Positions 15,650-23,863 of a stretch of 32,000 nucleotides of DNA are shown here, piece by piece. The stretch comes from Halomicronema hongdechloris C2206. Lineage in GTDB: Bacteria > Cyanobacteriota > Cyanobacteriia > Phormidesmidales > Phormidesmidaceae. Each line of letters opens with the position of its first letter. Position 1 is the first letter of the stretch. The stretch spans positions 990,001-1,022,000 of the forward strand of contig NZ_CP021983.2 in the NCBI RefSeq assembly GCF_002075285.3, read 5' to 3'. The notes beneath the pieces were generated by a model. The model searched no databases. It had not been told where the DNA came from and saw nothing but the letters and a program-made list of their open reading frames with translations. Both the position numbers and the translations under genes were made by a program.

Positions 15650-15870
15650 GATGGAGCCTCAGGATGTAGAACGACACAGTGAATCGAGCTGGACCTAGCT
15701 CCATTATCGCAAGAATGCACCAGAGACTTGGCTGGCAGTTATGGGTAGCGGGAGTATGTCGCCGATATCTCTCCCAAAATATCCTCTAAGAAAGCTTGAG
15801 AAATCAGGCCAGTCTGGAATGGATCCCCCATACTTTGAAGCAACGTCTATGCCCTTCTAGCAGCCCCACC

Positions 15871-16048
15871 ATGACCGACGTTTTTATCTCATACTCCCGT
15901 CGAGATAAAGCCTTTGTGCAGGTGCTCAACGACGCCCTAGTCGAGAGGCAAGTATGACGCCTGGGTCGATTGGGAGAATATTCCCCTGACGGCGGATTGG
16001 TGGGCGGAAATTGAAGCGGGTATTGAGGGGGCGGATACGTTTATTTAG
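15871..16048 (+). pseudogene. Frameshifted and truncated TIR-domain gene fragment, a third copy of the TIR head
   Basis: atgaccgacgtttttatctcatactcccgtcgagataaagcctttgtgcaggtgctcaac... is homologous to the 5' ends of 19741 and 23864. One extra base in gtcgagaggcaagtatgac (vs gtcgagagcaaatacgat) creates a stop after 28 codons. Homology continues in the +1 frame (YDAWVDWENIPLTADWWAEIEAGIEGADTFI) and ends at about 16048. Confidence 0.8.
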
Positions 16049-16052
16049 CCAA

Positions 16053-16532
16053 CTACTTGAAACGATACCCCAGATCCTCAGGAAACCCCTCATCGAAAAC
16101 CTGCTCCCAAGAGTAGGGACAGTCCTCAGGAAAAGTATCGAGGGACAGTTCAGTTTCCAGAGCGGCCTCTTTGCGAGCGATTTTATATATCTTCTGCAAC
16201 CAGTCCTGAGTTTGGATCCGCTTCAAACTCGGAGTGTCTTCCAAATAGCTCTGACTGTTGATGCGCTCTCGTTGTATCGTTTTCACCCAACTCCGCGATC
16301 GCCGCTCGGGTTGATAGTGCCATTTCAGCAGGTGATGCAAGATTAACCGCACAGCACTCACCAGGCGATCGCGCTCTCGACGCCCCAAATCAATCACCTC
16401 TTCAATTAAATGCTCCAAATCCAGCTGGTCAAATTGGCCCCGACGCAGCAGATCAGCCATTAAATTTGACCAAAGGGCGATATCACGTTCGTAGAGAGTG
16501 GCTAACTCAGATTGAGTGGGATGGGTCACCAT
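16053..16532 (-). CDS. DUF29 family protein
   Basis: LYERDIALWSNLMADLLRRGQFDQLDLEHLIEEVIDLGRRERDRLVSAVRLILHHLLKWHYQPERRSRSW matches the DUF29 pattern (YExDxxxW...LDxxNLxEEIExLG...LxxLLxHLLKW). Confidence 0.85.
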   Translation of the reverse strand: MVTHPTQSELATLYERDIALWSNLMADLLRRGQFDQLDLEHLIEEVIDLGRRERDRLVSAVRLILHHLLKWHYQPERRSRSWVKTIQRERINSQSYLEDTPSLKRIQTQDWLQKIYKIARKEAALETELSLDTFPEDCPYSWEQVFDEGFPEDLGYRFK

Positions 16533-16706
16533 AGCACTGTGACAGCGTGGATAATTAGTCCCATTGTGGCACGGTTAAATCGGGTACGGGATTTTCCGCT
16601 TGGGTGGCGAACCCAGTTGAGTGATAGAAGCTCAAAGCCTGCCAAGCGTTCTCGAGGTCAGGACAACAGAGCCGAATTGTGCCGTTTGCATCCCCTGAAT
16701 GTAACG

Positions 16707-18926
16707 ATGCCTCAGGGGTTGCTATATGTTAGAAGCGTTCGATTTAGCCCAACAGGGAACTATCTTGTCTCCGGTTCTGCTGACTATTCAATTCGCCTCT
16801 GGAATTTAGAAAACCAAACATCGACAACGATTGATGACGATGACTTAAACGGATGGATTGAATCGGTTGACTTTCGCCCGGATGGTCAACAATTTGCCGC
16901 TGGGTCTTCTGGAGGCATTGCCAAAATTTGGGATTTAGACGGAAATGTTGTACAAACTTTGCCAGGTCATGTCGGAACCGTCAATAGGGCTCGCTTTAGT
17001 CCGGATGGACATACTCTAGCTGCCGTCGCAGGTGATGGTCAGGTTCGAGTGTGGTCATTAATGAACAAAGCAATAGCTCAGTTAGACACCCACACAGACG
17101 CTCTTTGGAACGTGGATGTTAGTTCTGACGGTACTCAGATTGCGACGGCTTCTGTGGATGGTACAACCCGCATCTGGGATCGGTCAGGCGCAGAAATTCG
17201 GCGTCTAGAATTGCCTACTAACCAAGTCTTCAATGATGTTGTCTATAGTCCTGGCGGCAACACTATTGCGACATCAACGATAGATGGCGACATTCAGCTT
17301 TGGGATGCAGAAGGCAATCTGGTCAACCGCTTTGCAATGCATGGACAAAGAGTTCTTGGGCTTGACCTAAGCCCGGACGGGAAATATGGTCTCAGCGGTT
17401 CTGATGACACCACTGCTAAACTCTGGGACTTAGAGGGCAATGTTCAGGCGGTTGTTAACCATGATGAATGGATTCGAGATGTAGCGTTCAGTCCCGACGG
17501 CCAAACCTTTGCCACAACTTCAGAAGACACACTCGCTCGCCTTTGGGATTTAGACGGTAACTTACTTGCTGAGTTTGAAGGTCACGCCGATGGGGTAAAT
17601 GGCATTAGCTTCAGCCCGGATGGCACTATGCTAGTCACCGCTTCTGATGACAGCACAGTGAAACTCTGGGATGTACAGGGAAATCTAATTCATTCCTTTC
17701 AAAAACACCATGGTCGGGTTTGGACAGTGGCGTTTAGCCCGGATGGTGACTCCATTGCCACAGGAACTTCAGAGGGCTATGCTCGCCTGTGGGATTTGGA
17801 CGGTAACCTAATTGGCGAATTTAAAGGGCATGAGGAAGTGGTCACTGGCGTTGCTTTCAGTCCTGATGGTCAATATTTGATTTCAGCATCTGGTGACAGC
17901 ACCGCAAAGGTTTGGCGAATCGCCCGCACGCTTGATGATTTGCTAGCTCAAGGGTGTGACTGGTTAGCCGATTATTTGACGCTTCATCCCGATGCGTTAA
18001 TGGAGCTAGAAAACTGCCAACGCCCAGACCTATTGCCAAAGGCTGCTTCCTACTTGGTGAAAACAGCGATGCAGACTGCACGGACAGGTAATGTGCAACT
18101 TGCCCAGCAACAATTGGCAACAGCACTCACGTGGAATCCCGATGTCGATCTTGATCCAGAGACACCTGAGCATGAGCAAAATGCAACTCAGATGGCCCGA
18201 AAATTTTCAGCAGCTTATAGTCTCACAGAAGGACAGCGACTCGCACATCAGCTCAAACTTGAAGATGCCACTCAAGCCTATGAAAGAGCTTTAGAGCTTG
18301 ACGCTGAGGTTGACCTTGATCCACAAACGGATGCGGTTGAGCAAGATGCGGATCTGATCGCCCGTCGATACGTAGCGCTCAGTCTACAGCAGCGAGGGCA
18401 ACTGCAGGCTCAACAGCTCAAGCTCAAAGCCGCCGTTCAGACCTTGGAAGAGGCACTAGACCTCGATCCCACGATTGACCTCAATCCAGACACAGAAGAA
18501 ATCGACCAAGATGCCAAAGCAGTAGCTAATCGGTTTTCAGCTCCTGGACATCTGGCAGCAGGACAGCAACAGGTAAAAAATGGTGATGTAGAGGCAGCCG
18601 CCCAAGCCTATCAAACGGCTCAGGACTTAGATCCTGACCTTGAAGTTGATCGGAGAGTTTGGGACACACTCTGTTGGTTTGGGAGCGTACAGGGTCAAGC
18701 GACTACAGTTCGTTTTGCCTGTGAGAACAAAGCCTATTTTGGCGGGGTTTCCACATTAGATAGTCGCGGCATCGTGCTGGCTCTAGATGGCGATCTTGAA
18801 GGGTCCATTGAAAGCTTCCAAGCCTACATTGACGTTCCAGGGCGTAGTCAAGACCGCGTCATCCAAGGTCAAGCCTGGATCAATGCTCTCAAAACAGGGG
18901 ACAATCCTTTTCTCACGGATGATTAA
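16707..18926 (+). CDS. WD40-repeat protein (about 10 units) with C-terminal acidic repeats of about 58 aa; no TIR domain or TM helix
   Basis: Repeats of the type GHxxxVxxVxFSPDGxxxxxxSxDxTxKLWDLxGN. The first Met at 16707 sits inside the first WD unit. The ORF is open from 16512 but overlaps DUF29 and has no domain-like sequence there, so the start is uncertain. Confidence 0.85.
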   Translation: MPQGLLYVRSVRFSPTGNYLVSGSADYSIRLWNLENQTSTTIDDDDLNGWIESVDFRPDGQQFAAGSSGGIAKIWDLDGNVVQTLPGHVGTVNRARFSPDGHTLAAVAGDGQVRVWSLMNKAIAQLDTHTDALWNVDVSSDGTQIATASVDGTTRIWDRSGAEIRRLELPTNQVFNDVVYSPGGNTIATSTIDGDIQLWDAEGNLVNRFAMHGQRVLGLDLSPDGKYGLSGSDDTTAKLWDLEGNVQAVVNHDEWIRDVAFSPDGQTFATTSEDTLARLWDLDGNLLAEFEGHADGVNGISFSPDGTMLVTASDDSTVKLWDVQGNLIHSFQKHHGRVWTVAFSPDGDSIATGTSEGYARLWDLDGNLIGEFKGHEEVVTGVAFSPDGQYLISASGDSTAKVWRIARTLDDLLAQGCDWLADYLTLHPDALMELENCQRPDLLPKAASYLVKTAMQTARTGNVQLAQQQLATALTWNPDVDLDPETPEHEQNATQMARKFSAAYSLTEGQRLAHQLKLEDATQAYERALELDAEVDLDPQTDAVEQDADLIARRYVALSLQQRGQLQAQQLKLKAAVQTLEEALDLDPTIDLNPDTEEIDQDAKAVANRFSAPGHLAAGQQQVKNGDVEAAAQAYQTAQDLDPDLEVDRRVWDTLCWFGSVQGQATTVRFACENKAYFGGVSTLDSRGIVLALDGDLEGSIESFQAYIDVPGRSQDRVIQGQAWINALKTGDNPFLTDD

Positions 18927-19040
18927 GCGATCTGAAAAAGTAGAGGAATCGGGACGAAGCACGCATCGCCCCCCGCAATACCCCAATGCGATAATCATGA
19001 CAGCTGCCTAAGCATCCCTGCTCTCTGGTGAACTAAGACC

Positions 19041-19631
19041 GTGACCTCGCTAACCTTGCCCCTCAAAATCGATTTGCGGCACGTTCATCTCAGCGATGAA
19101 CAGTTTTACCAACTCTGTATCAATAATCCAGACTTGACCGTTGAGCGCGATGCCCAAGGAGCCTTAATTCTCATGTCACCAGTAGGGGGGGATGGTGGAA
19201 ACCAAGAGCTTGAACTCGGCACCGACCTTACTATTTGGAATCGCCGCACCAAACTGGGCAAAGTCTTCAGCTCGTCAACACTGTTTAAGTTACCTGGAGG
19301 AGGAGACCGCTCTCCTGATGCCGCTTGGGTAGAACTGTCTCGCTGGCAGGCATTGACGCCAGAACAACGCCGGAAGTTTCCGCCCATTGCCCCAGACTTT
19401 GTGATTGAGTTGCGTTCTCCCACCGATTCTCTCTCCATGCTTCAGGAGAAGATGCAGGAGTACATGGACAGTGGTGTACGTCTCGGTTGGCTCATCAACC
19501 CTCAAGACCAGCAGGTTGAGATTTATCGACAGGGTCAGGAGAAAGTGGCAGAGTCGCTGCCTACTGAACTTTCAGGTGAATCTGTGCTGCCAGGGTTCGT
19601 GTTGTCACTTAATCGGTTTGAGGATGAATAA
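19041..19631 (+). CDS. Uma2 (DUF820) family putative endonuclease
   Basis: GTG start. APDFVIELRSPTDSLSMLQEKMQEYMDSGVRLGWLINPQDQQVEIYR is the typical Uma2 PD-(D/E)xK core and C-terminal block. Confidence 0.85.
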   Translation: MTSLTLPLKIDLRHVHLSDEQFYQLCINNPDLTVERDAQGALILMSPVGGDGGNQELELGTDLTIWNRRTKLGKVFSSSTLFKLPGGGDRSPDAAWVELSRWQALTPEQRRKFPPIAPDFVIELRSPTDSLSMLQEKMQEYMDSGVRLGWLINPQDQQVEIYRQGQEKVAESLPTELSGESVLPGFVLSLNRFEDE

Positions 19632-19740
19632 AGAGAAGACAGGCTGCACCAACGCCCACTAAATTCTGGGCACTAGGAAATCCGGAAGCCATACAGCTTA
19701 ATTTGAAGGAACTTGATAAGTCGCCATCACAGCCCCCACC

Positions 19741-22725
19741 ATGACCGACGTTTTCATCTCCTACTCCCGTCGAGACAAAGCCTTTGTGCAGGTGCTGAAC
19801 CAGGCCCTGGTCGAGAGCAAATACGATGCCTGGGTGGATTGGGAGAGCATTCCCCTAACGGCGGACTGGTGGGAGGAGATTAAAGCCGGCATTGAAGCTG
19901 CCGACACCTTCATCTTCGTGATGACGCCGGACTCCATCGCCTCAACAGTCTGTCGCCAAGAAGTTGACCATGCCGTTGAGAACAACAAGCGACTGGTCCC
20001 AGTGGTGCGGCGAGAAGGGTTTGATATGTCCCTAGTGCATCCGGCGTTAGGAAAACATAACTGGCTGTTCTTCAGGGAAGCGGATGACTTTGACACGGCC
20101 TTTCAGTCGTTGGTTGCGACCCTCAACACCGACCTGGCCCATGTGAAGACCCACACGCGGCTGCTGGTGAAAGCTCAAGAGTGGGACAAAAAACAGCGCC
20201 GCGATGACTTGCTGCTGCGGGGCGATGAGTTTGTGATTGCCGAAAACTGGCTGGTGGAAGCGTTTCAGCAGCAAAAGGAACCGCTGCCCACGCCGCTGCA
20301 TAAGGACTACATTCAGGCCGGACGGGAAGCTCAGGAACGAGAGGTCAAGCGAGAGAAGCGCCGGATTTTGCTGCTCAGGTCACTCCTCGCGGTGATGAGT
20401 CTGGCGTTTGTCGCGGCTTCGGGGGCGGGCATCTATGCCTATCAGCTTTGGCGAAATGGACAAATTGAACAAATCGAGTCGCTGGCGAAACAGTCCAATG
20501 CTGAATTTTTAGCGGGACAAAATACCGATGCGCTGATTACGGCGCTGGAAGCGGGGCATCGATGGGAGAAGTATCCGGAGAGCGATCGCATCTTCGTCCA
20601 CCAAGTACTTGCACAAGCTGTCAGCGGCATTCGCGAGATCAAGACCCTAGGCGACAATTATGGTGATATTCCGAAGGTTGCGGTTAGCTCCGATGGTAAT
20701 GTCATGGCCTCTGGCAGCAACGCCGGAGAAATCAAACTCTGGAGCCAGGACGGGAAACTTCTACATGCCATCTCTGCTCATGAAGATGGTATTCGAGGGT
20801 TGGTCTTTAGCCCCGATGGCGAGATTTTAGCCTCAGCCAGCCTAGACCAGACGGCAAAGCTCTGGAACCGCCAGGGTGAACTGCTGCATACCCTCGCAGA
20901 CCATGAGGCTCAGGTTTGGGATGTGGGTTTCAGCCCCGACGGTCAAACTCTGGTGACCTCTAGTAGTGATGCCACGCTCAAACTCTGGAACCGCAACGGT
21001 GAGCTGTTGCGGACCTTGACCGATCATGAAGACTCAGTTTGGAATCTGACCTTCAGTACAGATGGCCAGATCATTGGATCCCACAGCGATGACCAGACCG
21101 TGAAGCTTTGGAACTGGCAAGGAGAACTCCTCCAAACCCTCTCTGGACACACTGCTGATCCCTGGAGCAAAGCCTTTAGCCCCGATGGAGAACTCATCGC
21201 GACTGGTGGAGCCGATCAAACCGTTCGACTCTGGAACCTCAATGGTGAGCTCTTACACACCCTGACCGGCCATGAAGACACTGTACGCCAAGTACTTTTC
21301 AGTCCAGATGGGCAGTTGCTCGCCTCAGCGAGTTTCGATAACACGATTAAACTCTGGAGCCGAGAAGGGCGGATCATTAAAACCCTCACAGGCCATACTC
21401 AAACTGTGAACTGGATGCAGTTTAGTCAGGATGGCCAAACCCTCGTCTCATCGAGTAGCGACGGCACTCTCAAACAGTGGGGGCGAGATGGAACTTTATT
21501 GCAAACATTGACGGGACATACGAGTTGGGTCGGGGATGTTGTTTGGAGTCCAGATGGCCAAACGCTAATATCTGGCAGCGGCGACCGAACCGTCAAGCTT
21601 TGGCAATTGGCAGGCAACACCTCAACTACACTCAATGGCCACAATTCATGGGTCAGCGCCGCTCAATATACTCCTGATGGTCAGATGCTGATCACTGGAG
21701 AAGGGTATGGCCCACTGAAATTTTGGACTGCTGACGGCGAGCTGATTCGCACCGTTGACGGCCATGGGTATGATGATGGGCTCGGTGACTTCACCGTCAG
21801 CCCAGATGGTCAATTCATTGCCTCCATTAGCGATAGCGGGCCAGTTGCCATCCTCTGGAATGCTCAAGGAGAAATATTACACACCCTCGAAGTCGAAGAC
21901 GGATCTAGACCTCATGTGAGGTTTAGTCCTGATGGAAAAATCCTGCTTACTGCCCGTGGTGGTGTTATCCGCCTTTGGAATTTGGACGGAGAACTCTTGC
22001 ACACGCTGACTAGCGAGACAGAGTCCGTTCGAGATATTGCCTTTGGTCCTGATAGTCAAACTCTGGTATCGGCTAACAGTGACGGCCCCCTCAAAATGTG
22101 GAGTGTCGAGGGTGAATTGTTGAACAGTTTGGGTGATCGAGAAGAACCTTATTATGCAGTAACTTTTAGCCCCGATGGACAGTATCTGGTGGCGGGCAAT
22201 GAGGACAACACAGTGCAACTTTGGACTGCCAACGGTGAGTTGCTACACACGCTCGCAGGTCATACCGATGCGATAGTAGACGTTCTCTTTAGTTCCGATG
22301 GCCAAACGATCATCTCTGCCAGCGAAGATGGCACCGTCAAGTTTTGGAATCTAGAAGGTGAGTTGGTAAATTCGGCGAAGGGCGAGGAAGAAGGAATTTA
22401 TGAAGGAATTTGGGATCTAGCTTTGAGCCCTGACGGTGAGACGTTGGCGACCGCTGGAGAAGACTATACCGTTAAGCTTTGGTCAATGAAGGGTGAGCTT
22501 TTACAGACCTTAGTCGGTCACCAAAACTGGGTAATAGATCTAGAATTCAGTCCCGACGGCAAAACCCTAGCCTCCAGCAGTGCCGACGAAACCGCTATTT
22601 TGTGGGACTTGGAAGCGCTGGAGTTTGATGCCCTGATGCAGCGAGGCTGCGAGTGGTGGCGCGAGTACACCGAGTATCAAGACACCCCACCCGACTCGCA
22701 ACGCGAGATTTGTGACGGCATCTGA
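19741..22725 (+). CDS. TIR domain / single TM helix / 16 WD40-repeat protein (paralog B)
   Basis: MTDVFISYSRRDKAFV...ADTFIFVMTPDSIASTVCRQEVDHAV is TIR_2-like. The hydrophobic segment ILLLRSLLAVMSLAFVAASGAGIYAY (about 20365-20442) is preceded by KREKRR. It carries 16 WD40 units of about 41 aa and has no Walker A motif. Confidence 0.9.
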   Translation: MTDVFISYSRRDKAFVQVLNQALVESKYDAWVDWESIPLTADWWEEIKAGIEAADTFIFVMTPDSIASTVCRQEVDHAVENNKRLVPVVRREGFDMSLVHPALGKHNWLFFREADDFDTAFQSLVATLNTDLAHVKTHTRLLVKAQEWDKKQRRDDLLLRGDEFVIAENWLVEAFQQQKEPLPTPLHKDYIQAGREAQEREVKREKRRILLLRSLLAVMSLAFVAASGAGIYAYQLWRNGQIEQIESLAKQSNAEFLAGQNTDALITALEAGHRWEKYPESDRIFVHQVLAQAVSGIREIKTLGDNYGDIPKVAVSSDGNVMASGSNAGEIKLWSQDGKLLHAISAHEDGIRGLVFSPDGEILASASLDQTAKLWNRQGELLHTLADHEAQVWDVGFSPDGQTLVTSSSDATLKLWNRNGELLRTLTDHEDSVWNLTFSTDGQIIGSHSDDQTVKLWNWQGELLQTLSGHTADPWSKAFSPDGELIATGGADQTVRLWNLNGELLHTLTGHEDTVRQVLFSPDGQLLASASFDNTIKLWSREGRIIKTLTGHTQTVNWMQFSQDGQTLVSSSSDGTLKQWGRDGTLLQTLTGHTSWVGDVVWSPDGQTLISGSGDRTVKLWQLAGNTSTTLNGHNSWVSAAQYTPDGQMLITGEGYGPLKFWTADGELIRTVDGHGYDDGLGDFTVSPDGQFIASISDSGPVAILWNAQGEILHTLEVEDGSRPHVRFSPDGKILLTARGGVIRLWNLDGELLHTLTSETESVRDIAFGPDSQTLVSANSDGPLKMWSVEGELLNSLGDREEPYYAVTFSPDGQYLVAGNEDNTVQLWTANGELLHTLAGHTDAIVDVLFSSDGQTIISASEDGTVKFWNLEGELVNSAKGEEEGIYEGIWDLALSPDGETLATAGEDYTVKLWSMKGELLQTLVGHQNWVIDLEFSPDGKTLASSSADETAILWDLEALEFDALMQRGCEWWREYTEYQDTPPDSQREICDGI

Positions 22726-22734
22726 GCCAGATGG

Positions 22735-22870
22735 CTACCCAATGTGATTGCCTTCGTAGGCATCAAAAGCCTCATCAACACTCATCACAGCCATATTGTC
22801 ACTAAGGGCTTGGGCAAGGATGGGGCGATCGCACGTTATCGTTTGAGTATGTAGAGCACCGGATGACCAG
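22735..22870 (-). pseudogene. Possible C-terminal remnant of a PIN-domain (VapC-like) toxin
   Basis: The minus-strand reading is ...GALHTQTITCDRPILAQALSDNMAVMSVDEAFDAYEGNHIG*. It resembles the PIN C-terminal block (DP)xDRxIxAQAxxxxxxLxSxDxxFxxY. There is no start codon or N-terminal part. Confidence 0.3.
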
Positions 22871-22890
22871 CGAAACTCAGGAGCAAAAGT

Positions 22891-23116
22891 ATGATTGCTC
22901 AGCCAGAGACCTCAAAAACCTATTCCCTGGATGACTACCTAGAGTTTGAAACAGCATACTCATCACGTAGAGCATTACGCCAAACGCGACGAGAAACGGT
23001 GGATTTTTCAGGAATATGATGAGGCTAACGAGCAGCTTGAACTCGTAACGATTCCTTGGACAATTTCCTTTCAGGAGCTCTACAGCAAGGTCACTTTTAT
23101 CTCTGAAGACCTTTAA
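22891..23116 (+). pseudogene. Uma2 family remnant with an internal deletion and a frameshift
   Basis: AGGAG lies 8 nt upstream of the ATG. The N-terminus MIAQPETSKTYSLDDYLEFETAYS is Uma2-like. After a frame change the reading is EHYAKRDEKRWIFQEYDEANEQLELVTIPWTISFQELYSKVTF*, which is a Uma2 C-terminus. The nuclease core is missing. Confidence 0.45.
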
Positions 23117-23154
23117 TCCAAGGATCATTGATCCAGCTTCATGAATCAACCTCA

Positions 23155-23718
23155 TCACGCAAAAACGCTAGCGATAGGTAATCGGAAGTTAGGCAGCAGG
23201 GGAGAGGTCAGGCTGTCATCCACCATCAGCGTGCTCACCCTCTGTAGTTGAGCAGCCTCACGGCGATACACTTCCAGGGTTTGGAGTTGCCAATTCACAA
23301 CCCAGTATTCTCGAACGCCATGGATGGAATAGAGCTTAAGCTTAAATGCTTTGTCTCGCTGCTCGTTTTGCTCTCCGGGTGACAAGATTTCCACGATTAA
23401 TTCTGGTGCAACCGTGAGGTGACCCGCTTCGTCAATCCCGTTTGCAAGACGGTCTTGGCTAATCCACACGACATCGGGAATCACCGCATCGGTAGGAGAG
23501 AAGACCACCCCTGGTGTTTGAAATGCGCTGCCCAAGCCCGTTTCTTCTGACCAAAGCTCTAGGCGAACATGAATTTTACCCGCAGCGCTCTGATGGCGAA
23601 TGTGGGGAGCGCGGGTCATAAACAGGTCTCCATCAATGATTTCATAGCGCTTCCAGCCGCCGTCATCGGGCATAAACTGAATGTCGTCAACGGTCCAGCG
23701 GAGAGGTTGAGTGACCAT
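23155..23718 (-). CDS. Uma2 (DUF820) family putative endonuclease
   Basis: RYEIIDGDLFMTRAPHIRHQ...IPDVVWIS...APELIVEILSPGEQNEQRDKAFKLKLYSIHGVREYWVVN. The ORF is open from 23799, and the ATG at 23718 (MVTQPLRWTVDD) is preferred. Confidence 0.85.
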   Translation of the reverse strand: MVTQPLRWTVDDIQFMPDDGGWKRYEIIDGDLFMTRAPHIRHQSAAGKIHVRLELWSEETGLGSAFQTPGVVFSPTDAVIPDVVWISQDRLANGIDEAGHLTVAPELIVEILSPGEQNEQRDKAFKLKLYSIHGVREYWVVNWQLQTLEVYRREAAQLQRVSTLMVDDSLTSPLLPNFRLPIASVFA

Positions 23719-23863
23719 CGGCTTCACAACTGAGCAATGATTACACTTTAGCTGAGACGGATTAGCGAGTATTGGCCGCGTGGCATAGGCAGACCGCATC
23801 TCCCGGAATCATCAATTATTGTTATGAAGAGCTCCCGTAGCCGCTCCGCATTCATCATCGATC

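Noticed and set aside
16512-16706. A longer start (TTG 16512 or ATG 16521) for the WD40-only gene
   Set aside because: It overlaps the DUF29 gene start on the other strand, and the extra 65 residues have no domain character. It is kept only as an alternative, and it may be a relic of the ancestral longer gene.
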